A DNA stretch of 64,000 bases, from NCBI GenBank assembly GCA_965113315.1, contig OZ220363.1. One strand, written 5' to 3'. Shown in pieces: positions 1 to 12,500 of the stretch (within the stretch, counting starts at the first letter, position 1; each line of letters begins with the position of its first letter). The notes below the pieces were generated by a model. It was given only the letters and a program-made list of their open reading frames with translations, was not told where the DNA came from and made no database searches. A program made the position numbers and the translations under genes. Origin of the DNA: Podarcis vaucheri. Its lineage: Eukaryota.

Positions 1-493
1 ATGGAAAAGGTCTGGTGCATCAAAGAGTGGAGCCCACATAAAATGTTAAGTTCACTTCAGTTTTGCTGCTATTCTATGTGTTCCTAAGTCCTCAGCCAGC
101 AAGCAGTGCGACCTGTATGTGGTATCAGACCACCACAGGTCAACACAATGCAGACTGCAACTGTGGCACTATCCGAAGCATGAAGTAACCTAAGCACAGT
201 TCAGGCACCTCAAGAAAGGGAGTTAAGTTACATATTATATGCATTGTGTGATGGAGCAAATAAATAGGTTGAATAATATTTTCCTCGAAAGCAAAGATCA
301 AACCCAAGAGAAAGCAGACTACACAATCTTCTCTCACTCATACAGACAGAAGGAATTGCACAGCCATTCTTGCTCCTTCTGGCTCTTCCTCTGAATATCA
401 GGTACCCTGTTTTTAAGCTTTGAAAGGTATTTGGCTGGCTACCAGTTCCTAGAAAGCATGTTTGATTATAAAATACATACACTTCTTATTAGT

Positions 494-700
494 TACAGAT
501 AGGTAGCCGTGTTGGTCTGCCATAGTCAAAATAAAAAAATTCCTTCCAGTAGCACCTTAAAGACCAACTAAGTTAGTTCTTGGTATGAGCTTTCGTGTGC
601 ATGTATCTGAAGAAGTGTGCATGCACACGAAAGCTCATACCAAGAACTAACTTAGTTGGTCTTTAAGGTGCTACTGGAAGGAATTTTTTTTATTTTGACT
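494..700. mobile_element. Palindromic non-autonomous Penelope-like element with hammerhead ribozyme core
   Basis: Inverted arms 524-603/620-700, 30-nt unpaired tail 494-523, 13-bp flanking direct repeat ACTTCTTATTAGT (481-493, 698-710). Confidence 0.8.
603..640 (+). ncRNA. Minimal type I hammerhead ribozyme motif
   Basis: GTAT-CTGAAGA-A-GTGTG(catg)CACAC-GAAA-GC-TC^ATAC; stem I GTAT/ATAC; predicted cleavage after C636. Confidence 0.75.
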
Positions 701-3384
701 TCTTATTAGTGTTTAGTTTTGCAATTCTAAAACATGAAACACAGGTAGCCCCTTTAAGCCACTGGCCACCAGTGGAGTGGAGTGGGGCCTGATCCAAGGT
801 AAGTCACAACAGGAGCACTTCCACCTTGCAAATATACGGTAAAAGATTGAGAAATAGACCCCCAAATGCATGTTTGGGTTAAAAGTGAGTCCTGGGTCTG
901 AAAAGGTTGAAGATGCCTCCTTTAAACCGAACAAAGAAACTGTCTTGTAATAAATTAGGGGAGGGGACAGGAAGTGTCCCTGCATGACAACTTTTCACTC
1001 TTTATAAATGAGCAGAGGAACAACTTTTCTCCCTCATTTTGTCTGCTCTTCATGCTATAGTAGGCAAGTCTTTAGTTCTGTAAAACTAATGAAAGTTTTC
1101 AGGTGTTTCATTCCTATTTTCCTCCACAGCTTTCCTGGGCTTTGTTTCAGGGCCTGGGGGAGGAAGAGTTGTGAATGTGATATGACTCACTTGACTCCTA
1201 CTCAACCAAATTCCTGTTCCAATTGGTTCTCACTTATGATTTCAGCTTGGCGCATGAGTTATGCGAGCTTAACTTCCCCTTCTTTCCCTGCTGTTTTTGT
1301 TTTGTGATAAAGGACACGGAGCAAATGAATGCTAGCTCTCTGCTGCTGGCTTCCTTGAACTAGCGAACTGGTAGAAAATCACCCTTATCCCCGAACTTCA
1401 TAAATATAGCTATAGAAAATAAAAAAGGCTGTCTGATCTTGTTCGACACAGTAATGTAGTCTCTGTAATGTTAATAGGTGGAGTCATTGTTTGGCAGGTG
1501 TAACTGGTTTCTGTTCTATTACTTCCTCTACATTTCTCTGCTTTCTGGAAATGTTCCTTTTGTTCCTGTCTCTGCTTGCTGACATAGCATTTTAAATAGC
1601 TTGATAACAGACTTGATGTTTCAGAAAGCAAGCTTAAATGACTGATCAATGGTTGAATGCACATATAAACTCAGATATGGAACAGATTTCTTTGCTTGAT
1701 GTCAGCTGCCTATATTTCATTTTCATGTGTAAGTTTTCAGGTAAAGTAGTCTAATAAATTCAGATAGTGCAACATGGTTCGATAAACTACAAACCAGTCT
1801 TTTAAATAGCCACTTGCTTGGTTGCCTGATAAGAATCACGTATAAGTAGCCAGACAAGGCACTGACGTCCACCTGTCTCGAGAGACAATGGAGGAGTGCG
1901 CCTTTTAGGGGCAAAGACCAACTGTTGGGAGGTTGCAGCACCTGATAAGAATCACCCATAGGTAGCCAGGCAAGGAAAATAACATACTTCCAGGCCACCA
2001 CTGAGCCACAAATGGTCAACATAAGTAAATGTGGGTTGGTGGGGTGCTAAAGTTAGCTAGTGACTGAATTATCTTATTTGCAAGTCTGAGATAAGCAGTC
2101 ATTTCAGAGGATCCAAGTGCCTAGAAATGTCACCTAGATAGGTCAGGAGCCATAGAGTTCTAGAACAGATGACAGAAGTCTGGAATATACACCACTGTAA
2201 AGTGGTGGCGGCGGGGGTGGGGTGGGAGAACTTGATAAAAGAATGGACTGAGAAGGCAAAGTCTGAGTGGATTCAGTAGGCAATGGCTGAGCAGTTTTAA
2301 GAGTTGGCCAATGGCCACCAAAGGGGATGGGGGGGGGAGAGAGAAATCCAAAGAACCTGAAACAGATTCTGCTGTAGCAGAAAACGTACGGAGTTAAAAA
2401 ATTTAGGGAATTGGGTACTCTTAAGAGTTCAGGGCTATTGCTGTATGAAACACTGAACTACTTTTAAGACAAGAGTGTGTAAACTTTTTTTTGCTTGATT
2501 ACGTCCAATCTTTCAGGGACCTCATGCCAGCAGTGGGTGGGGATGAAGCCAAATGTGGGTAGGACACATGCATTCCTTTCTCCGCCCTATCTCTCATTTC
2601 CCCATCCTTACCGCCTGCATGAAATTAGCCTGATAGGTTTGTGCAGGATTGAAAACCAGGCAGGTTGTTTGAACTGTGAATGTCCTGGCTATACCACAGA
2701 TTCTAGGATGAACTGTGTAGGAACAATAGTGCATGGGGGGATTTCAATTGAAGTGCGCATAACTTCTGGTTTGAGGGCTGTATTATTATTGCCTATCATA
2801 TTTGATGGTTTCTGCATTCAGCCATTTGGGGGGAAAATGAGTTTTCTAATGGATGTGTGCAGTGTTTAATTTTTTAAAAAGAGTTTTTAAAGTTGCCAAT
2901 ATTTGTTAATCCATCTTGAGTTGAGACGCCTTCTGTAAGTGGGGGCAAAGTAGCTGGTAGCACTTTGGCCTAATGAGCCAGTATATTATTTTCATTTATT
3001 TCCTTGATCTGAAACATGACCATACTTTTAGGATCCCTCTTGAGTACTCGGAATGCATACTGAGGAGTTCATTAAGTAGCACCCAATAGGTTGAGAGAGC
3101 TCAATGATCCTACAGATATGTGTAACTATAGTGCCATGGTTAATTGCTAAATGACATCTTGTTTGAAGGACATGTCTATTCTGCCACTGCTGCCTGTCAG
3201 TTACACTCTCATTGTAACAGCTACTGTATCACACATAAGGGACAGTGCCGACGCAGTTGGCTTGGACCACCTAGATTAATCCTTTGAAAGCCAGACAGTG
3301 AATGGATTTATAAACAAGTGTATATAGTGTTTTGCAAGTTAAATAATGTAATGCCTGGTATTTTTGTGTCTGTTTCCATGATAG

Positions 3385-3558
3385 AAAAGAGTGGTTGAAC
3401 AGCTGCGGAAGAATTTGATGGTAAAGCAGGAACAGCCGGACAGTAAGTTTCAAATACAACCATTGGCACAGTCAGAAAACAAAATACAAACTCCACAGCC
3501 ACTACAGCTACAGCAGCAGCAAACTACTGCAGCCTCTCCAAACCTGCTTGGATCACAG
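3385..3558 (+). CDS. PHF21A: PHF21A coding exon ([11 protein letters not shown]...SPNLLGSQ)
   Basis: atag|AAAAGA acceptor, CAG|gtaaag donor, 174 nt. Confidence 0.95.
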
Positions 3559-6500
3559 GTAAAGTGGTTGAAGGTGTTACACTAATTTTCAAAATGTATT
3601 CCTTTCTTAGAATCAAATGTATCACTGTATAAAGAAGAGAACACAAAATCAGAGTTAACCTATCATAATCCAGTGCACACTTGCTAGAGAGTAAGTCATA
3701 TTGAATTCAGTAAGGCTCAATTCTGAATCAACATGTGTAAGATTGTGCTACAAAGCTATCAGTAGCATTTAAGTGAAACAAGAACACTTTATGAACTTGA
3801 GTCTAAGCATGGATCACTCCCCGCTTCCCCAGAAAGCTAAGTCAATTGCTGGATTTTGAAGTAACAGTATTATATGAATCTTGCATGCTTTAGTTTTTTA
3901 TGTTTTTTTAAGGACCCTCATGATGAACTGATGTGCAACACTGCACATCAGGTTAACCAGGCTGTCTTTAACAGTTAAGGCACAGCTAATCTGTGCTAAG
4001 TGCTCTTGAGTATACACTCTTGCTTTAAGAACTGGATCAGAATAGAGTCCACCTTGCAGCATTTTCTGCAAGGATAGGTGTCCTTCATTGGAAAATAACG
4101 TGGAATTGTCTTGAGTTTTCTCTTTTTGTGGAAATGATTGCCTTCAGAAGTTGTTAACTAGGGAACTACAAGTGTCCAGAGATCTTGGTTCAATATGTTT
4201 CAGCAGCATGAAACAGAATACCAGAAATAATAATATAAACCAAGCAGGCTATAAACAAAGAAATACATAGAAAGGATCCACATAAACTGCCCCCCACTGT
4301 CTTCTCCCCACAAATACAATAACAGAGATTAATGTAGCTGCATCTATAATTGCTGAGGGCATTTGCTGCAATTTCAGTAAGCTTGAATCACATAGTCAGT
4401 TTAGAAAGCTAGTTGCTTGAATTAGCAAAAAATAAGTTATTTGTGTGTAGACATTTGGCAGTCTAGCTTCTGATATATGGCTTATAATGAGGCAGAGGAG
4501 AGTAAACTCTCATCTCAACAGGGAACAACTATTCCTCTTTCTGTTCTCAGCATGATAGAGACTATACTCTAGAGACTGGGAAATCTTAGGGAAAATAAGG
4601 TATTTAGAGAGGTCCTCAGAAGCATAAATGGTGTTGGTTTGATACTCTGTTTTGAGAGCCACTTGACTGCCTCCTCCCTACAACTTTGGCCAGGGAGTGC
4701 CCTGAGTTTGGAGAAAGGTGTAAGCTTAGATGTTGTCTATTGCTCCTTCTCACTAGAAAAAGATAAGCGATAAGCATGCTTCTAGAGTACTGGAAATGCT
4801 TTAAGGAAAATTGCTGTTGTTTTAAGCGGCATTGGGGCAGCCAAGAAACTGAGCCTTTTTCTTGTGAGCAGTTATTTGCTCCCGCTGGCTCTTTGAGACC
4901 CTGTGGGCAGAACTAACACAATGACTGGCTGTTACTGAAAATGGTGGCCCCTTGTTAAAGAAAATCCTTTCCCATCAGTAACATGCCATGACACTGTGTT
5001 TCCCTATCAGCAGCAAAATATATGGAGCAGAAGCAAGGAAGTGCACAGGATGATGACATCTGGACACATGCACAAGATATTACAAAGGAGGAGCTTGACA
5101 TGAGGCATTTGTTTTTGACATTTATTTCATTTAGTTCTGTACTTGGAAACTTCATCTGGGGAGCCACAGCTCAGTAGCAGTGATGCTTTACATACACAAG
5201 GTTCCAGAGTCAACCTGTGGCATTTCCAAGTTAGGGTTGGGAAAGACTCCTGCCTGAAAATCTGTGGCATCTCCAAGTTAGGATCAGGAGAGACAACTAA
5301 CTGGATTGCTTGAAAAATCACTGCTAGTTAGTGCAAATGCTAAGCTAAGTGCACTAGTGGTCTGACTTCATGTAAGGCAGTGTGTTGGCCCTTTTGGACG
5401 GCAATTAGTATATACAATTTTATCTCACTCTTCAACTGAAGAAAGGGCCCCAAAAAGACTTACAGAGAACAGTCTTTGCCCTTGGGCTTACAACCTAAGC
5501 TAAATGACACTAAAGAGAATGGGAATTGGTGGGAAGGTGAAGGGAAAGCCAACTCCATCATTAGTATGTTGTTACAAAGTTCTTATAACAACCAACTGGA
5601 ATGGAAGTAGTTCAAGGACAGAAAGTAAGCAAAAACTGCTGCCCCTCCTTTCCTTCTCTCCCTTGGTTTCATTCAGCATGATGGAATGGGCATTGCTAGA
5701 ACATAGCTGGGAAGAGAGAAAGCCTCATGGGGCAGTGCACTTTCATCAGAAGAGGAGAAGGATCGGGACTGGCCTGCTATGAATATTCTACCATCAATTC
5801 ATGTCTATACAGAGAATTGCAGAACAGTTGGTGGAATACTTACTTTTTAGTTCGCAAGGCTCTGCTTTGTATGGGAATTGTTCACCTGGAAGTCGATATA
5901 TATTACTGACTAGGACCACTTCAGATATTGCTCTAGGAATTCAGAATTGTCGGACTCTCATCTGACTTTTCCACTTGATGTGCTTTTAAAGTAACTGAAA
6001 CAAAATAATATTTAAAATGTGAGAGAGCAAAGTGTGCATTAACAAGTATATCTTTCAGGTAGATTGTGAGTCATTTTTTAATTATTGGTGTCTGCTTTTA
6101 TCTAGAGTTTTGACTGTAAAGGGACACTCATGTTCTTCTCTGTATTCTGTGCTGTGCACTTTGAGATTAACTTCCAGGTCATTTCTGCATTTGTACAAAG
6201 TTATGTTCAATGCTAAAGAGCCCTCTAGCGACACTGTATTGAAATTGCTTCTACTCTTTCCTTGCCAGCATCCAATTAGGGTGTTTCTTAGAAAGCACTG
6301 AATCTGCAACCCGTTCCTTTAATGTGTATAGAGAAAACCAAGTTATAACTTACGTTGCACACACATGCATCTCTGAATTGTCTACTCGGAAATCTGCAAT
6401 GCTTTCCAAATTAGTCTTCTTTAAAACTAGCTAAATATGTGCTTTCTCATTTGAAATAATTATAAACAAAGCATTTTCCACATTGTGAAACAACCACAAT

Positions 6501-9500
6501 AAGTTCTTCAATAAGGGATTTTAGCAGACCTGATTATTTTTAGTTGTGGAATGTGTTGTGTAAATCATAAGAACTAGTGAAAACACTGTCATAATAGTGA
6601 CGCTAAAATCTAGTTGTGATGTGCTTTTGCTGATTATGCTGAAAGCCCCTCATTTTAGTCTTGATACTTTAGCTTTGAAATATCGCAGGAAATTGAAGGT
6701 GTTTCAACAATATAAAATTACATAAAATACCAAGTCAATTAAATCTGATAATGAAAAAGGAACATTAGAGCAACAGCAAAAACAAAAAAACTCAATTCAA
6801 TATCAAATGCTTGGAAAATTCTGCTAAAGTACACATTGCATCTACTTTGCACCTCGGTGTTCCTGGTTCCATGTTTGCTGAGTACAAGCACACACACCCT
6901 AATTGGTGTGTGTTGCTCCTGCTGCTCCTGCCCAGTACATTGTGCCCACTATTACAACTGTTGGTGGCCAAGGTTCTCAGACTCCTGTCTGCTACTGAAC
7001 AGTTAGTTCAACACTCTGTCAAGGGCATTTCTAGGCAAATTCTCCTGAATTCCCTAGCAACCAAAAGTCCATCTACCTGGATTCAGTATTAGCCTGTTAA
7101 CTCTTATCCATTTGATCACAGCCTACAAACACTGGTTCAAAACAAATTCCATTTGACACTGCCTGTAGCATCGTATAGGTACACTAATGTTTGGGGGACA
7201 TGGAATTGACAAGAGACATGGGGACATTATATGCGCCAAAGCATGTACTACCAAGACATGGTTGATTTCACACACAGTTCAGCAATGGATTAAGCAAGCC
7301 ATGGCATGTTGTTTCCTGTGCGGTTGTACGTCTATATGTGGAAGGTTTATTGAAAGTATTTGTAAAGGAGTGGACTGATTCCATACAGCTTTGACAGGTA
7401 AGAAATCGGTGTTTTAAATCTTCCCAGTTGCATTTCCCTTGCACTTCAGCTTCTGCTTTCTCACTTGTGAATTTCTAGAGCAAACTCTGTCCAGTTTGCG
7501 ATGAATAGGTTCCAAAGTGTTTTTTTTTTTTTCCTCTTAGAAGACGGTAACTACAGCTTCTATGATCACCACTAAGACACTACCTCTTGTCCTGAAAGCA
7601 GCAACAGCAACCATGCCTGCCTCCGTTGTGGGTCCAAGACCTACAATTGCCATGGTGACTGCCATCAATAGCAACCAGAAAACTGTCCTTAGCACTGATG
7701 CACAGAACACGCCAGTCAACCTCCAGACAACAAATAAAGTCACTGGTCCAGGAACAGAGGCAGTTCAAATAGTGGCAAAAAATACAGTCACATTGGTAAG
7801 CGGTCTTTGTTGCCTAGTGTTCTAAGGACGTGAGCCATTTTTTAAAATTTCCCTTGTTGAAACAGAGATGTGTGCCCTTTTGGGCATATACACGTATTGA
7901 GAAACTTTGTTTAATGTGAGAAAATACTTTTGCTCTAATGGGTTTCAATTTTTAAAATAATTTACTACTTTAACAAATGATTACTATCATATCATATATT
8001 TTTCCTTGGTGTGCTGAAAGATAATTGACAACGCACCTTCACTCCAACTTTTTACAATGCTGTGCTTGCCAATAAAGGCATGTAGGACCATGCATGGACT
8101 TTCCTTATTTAGGTTATGGTTTTAAATATATGTTCCTTTCACTGCTTATATTAAAATTATTTTAATGAGGCTCACCAACGTTGTCTATTTTTTGCTGCTG
8201 CTGGACCCACAAAGAAATCATCCTGCATGACGGGATCTAGCCAGCATCTTCCTCAACCTGCACACGAGTCTTTCTCAGGGGCGCTTTTGTGACTAACTAG
8301 TAACTCTGATAATCAGTTTCACAAAGTGCTAAGCAGCTGAAGCCTGCAGAAATGTAAAAATTAACTTGAGTGGAAAATATATCCTTGCGAGGGAGGCCAG
8401 GCATTTAAACGGAGTTTTGCTGTTTAAATAAGAATTGATCCAGAGCTGCAGCTGTAACGAAATCCATTTATACCCTAAAGTATTTCACTCCCAAAGCAAA
8501 TTACTGTATATGAAAACAGTGTTCTACACATTTAAGAGAGAACCAGAGTCCTAATGTACTAAATAATTTATCTAGTACCTAACATTTATCCTTCCAGCAT
8601 TTTTGAATATTATTGTTTATGCCCTCTTATCAAATATTTCAAAACATCCCCCCAAGTTATGAAGCCTTAGCACAATTAAGCATCATGTGCAGCTCCACTT
8701 GAATGGGCAGCCAAACCTGATTATTCTTTGTGGTTATTTGTAGCGCTTTGACTCGTAAAACAAAGAGGAGAATTCAAAAATGTCAAGGATGAGGGCATAT
8801 TTTTAAAAATAGTAGAGGTCTTGGGTTTTACATGCTGGTGAAACAAAAGGATACTTAGCTCCATTATGCCCATGAAATGCCATTTTATTTCAGAATGGCT
8901 TGAAGAGCAAGAATTATTTACTGTGAGAAAGGTAGGCTGTGCCTGAATAGCTTTGAAGTTGCTCATCACACCTATTCCCTTTGCTTAAATTTGTCTTCTT
9001 CCCACCCGCCCCACTCTTGTTGTTAGCAGGTTCAAGCTACACCTCCTCAGCCCATCAAAGTGCCACAGTTCATCCCTCCTCCCAGACTCACACCTCGTCC
9101 AAATTTTCTTCCACAGGTGAGTTTGTCCAAAACAGGAAAAGGGGTAGGAGTGGGGAGTTTGTCCTAAAAGTGTGACTTTGATTGGAAGAAGTACAACACC
9201 AGATGTTTCATATACCTGGTAATAATTGAACACTGCCTAATATGCTTTCCAGATTAAATCTCCAGCTTTGCTATCATATTTTTGTTTCCCTGTCAGCTCT
9301 CTAGCTTGCACTAGTTCTGTAAGAACTGAATTAAAGACGAGATGATGAAGAAATGCCTTGCTTGTTATAAGGTTATTGAGTGCTGAATATTTTTCATCGT
9401 TTCTTTGATTAAAGAGCCCCTATTTAATGTGAATCCTTAGCCTTTTTGTTAAGCAAAACGTAACTGTAATCTAATTAATATAGTTTCTAGCTTCCTGCTC

Positions 9501-12500
9501 CTTTCTTCCAAAGAGGAGCAGATTTTATCTAGAAATAACTTGAGCTGCAACTTTTTGAAAAAAATCTGATCTTTTACCCAAAGATGAAGGCATTATATAA
9601 TAGATTGTTTGCAGTATTTTAAATTACTAGAATTAATTTAGTTGCTCTCTCTCTCAGAGGATGCCATCTGCATCTCATTGAAGCTACATCTCTTCTCCTA
9701 CCCACACTGTTGATTTTTAATATAGTTGTTATTCAAATTCCTAGTTGTAATGTCAACAATCATTACCCAGTTATGAAAGAGAGGAAAGCGTGAAAATATT
9801 AACTGCTGCACTATAGATATGCCCATCCAAAGCTCTAGTCACCTGCATTTAACCCAAAGAAAGTTAGACGGGCTCAAAAATGTAATCCCTGATTGGAGGA
9901 GAGAGCTGTGTAATTCAGAAACTAGCTACTCTTGCCAACACAGTTGATCTAATAATAAATTAGAATGCATAGCTATTTGTATCCAATTTAGACACCCTAG
10001 ATTTTAGAAATACTTCAAATTAACAGACCTTTGAATTCCCCCAGATCTATCCAAAGATATTTTGGTAATGCAGTTGTATTTGATAACCTGCTTAGACTCC
10101 CCTCAACACTCAGTATTCCTTGAGAATATATCATTGCAAGTTGTGCTTCCAGACCTGTGCTTCCAGAACCAGTATATCCTTTTAAAGTATGATTAACATT
10201 GAATATGTGAAGATACAAAATGTAACATACAAAATGATGACAGTATTGTAGAAATGTACAAGAATGTGTGGTTAACATCTGCGCACTAGCAGTTAATGCA
10301 TAGTGCAGCCATTACTAGCCTGGCAGCTTTCAAGTGTTTTGGACCACAATTCCCTTCAGCCACAATTACAACGGGATATTGTGAAGGAGAATGAAAATCG
10401 TAGTTCAAAACCTCTGGAGGACAGTAGGCTGTGGAAGGCGAACACAGTGCAACAATCATAGCTGGAATTAAACAAGATTTGGGGCGGTTTTAAAAGTGTG
10501 GTAGGCCTGAAATGTACATGAGGGTTACATTCCAGGGATCTACTTGCAAAGACAAAATCATTCAACGTCAGGAAACCACGCACCCAACCTGGAACTGCCT
10601 TCCTCTGCAAGCAATTCCTACCCATCTTGATATTGGCGCACTGAGCAGGCAAGATCTTGGGAGCCTTGCAGGGCCTTCGTGGACCCTCACACAACCTTCT
10701 GAGAGTCCTATAAGTAAGGCAGAGGGCTTAAAAACTCTTTCCATGGCAGGAAAACTGGGTGCTGAAAGAGCCTTGTTTTCTAGGCTTTGGAAGGTCACAT
10801 GAGGGCTCTGGAGGCTTTTGTGAGAGATTGTGTGGCCCCTTCTGATGGTTTTTCCAGTCTCCCACCCTCTTTCTATTTATTTTTTGTTGAGGTATGCAAG
10901 GCTGCAATTGTGTAAGTTTTGGGCCTACTGTAGTTCTTTCCAGTGCAGATGTGTAGCACTATATAATACAAACACTATTGCAATCTGAGTCATATTTGTT
11001 GGCACAGCCATAAGTTATGTGTTAAGTACTATATCTTATCTATGCATGTGGTCTGATATGGGTTTCTCTCTCTCTTATGTAGGTTCGACCTAAACCTGTT
11101 GCCCAGAACAACATTCCTATCGCCCCTGCCCCACCTCCTCCTATGCTCGCTGCTCCTCAGCTTATTCAGAGGCCTGTGATGCTGACAACAAAATTCACAC
11201 CCACCTCCTTACCTTCCTCTCAGAATTCCATACACCCAGTCCGTGTAGTGAATGGGCAAACAGCAACCATAGCCAAAACTTTTCCAATGGCACAACTCAC
11301 CAGCATTGTTATAGCAGCCCCAGGTACCAGGCTTGCTGGACCTCAGACTCTACAAATCAGCAAACCAAATGTTGAGAAACAGGTACAGATGGAGAAATGC
11401 ATTAGTAGTTTAAACTGTGAATCGTTTCCTTCTCCTAAAGTCAATAGAATTAATGGAGATACAAATGCAATTAACCATAACATAAAACCTGTCCTCTCAT
11501 TGCCTCTCCTGTGGTTAGCAATCTTGTGTGACCAAGAACAGGTCTGTGCCCACTAGCCCTTCCATACCAGCCATCCCATCCCCTTCCATCGCCACTTAGA
11601 CTGTCCATATGTTGGAGAAGCCTGGGCACGCTCCCTGCACAATTTGGAATAGGGATGGGTGGATCAGTCCATTTCCAGCCTGTGTACATTTCCTGTATGT
11701 GCTCATAGGTGCATTCCATCCTGTTTCCATATTAAGCTGAGCAGTTTTTAAAAGACTGTCCAAAACTCTGCATTTAAATACATAAATATGTATTTTAATA
11801 TCAAAATATGTATTTAGTTGTGTATTTTCCAAAATGGCGTTTGGAAAGCCTATTTTATCCTGAAGCAAATTCCTATTTTTTAATGCATTTTGACACTTTT
11901 TTTTTGAGCCAAGAACGATATTGCAAAATTTGGAGAAGCACAAAATCCAAAGTATGATTATGTTTCAATCTGTTTATTTAGTCTGGGAGGTGCATTTGCT
12001 TAAAAATGCAGGCCAAGTGAAATTTTCCTCCATCCCAAATTTATAATCCTGATTTCATTGGGTTCTATATCACAGGGGGCGGATACACATATAGGGTATG
12101 CTCTCCTGTTCAGAGGTTTCTTGCAATGTATGGATGGGGCAGGGTTGGCAGAAGAGGACGCGGGTGGACAAGCCAGCAACTGTTCTCTGTCTCATGCCAA
12201 TCGTGAGATACAATGTGTGAAAAGAGATGGCTGATAATACCTTGTTCCTCAGACAGGGATTGGGAATGTACCAATAATTCATAATGAGTGAGCAGTTAAT
12301 TTGTGATTTTATATATAGTACACCAGAATAATTAAAATTTACTCGTTTTGTGCTTTTTCTGCTGCTTCAGCATGAAACATTAACCGTCAAATAATATTTA
12401 TCCATAATCTTGCTGACATTTATGATGAAGCAGACATTCAGATGACTTAATTACCATCAGTTTCAGCTAACCTTTTTTAAGTAGTTTATAACCCTGGACA

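Noticed and set aside
494-700. Palindromes read as pre-miRNA, CRISPR or DNA-transposon MITE
   Set aside because: Eukaryotic DNA with no spacer array; asymmetric tail, 13-bp duplication and hammerhead core fit a Penelope-type origin better than TIR elements or miRNA
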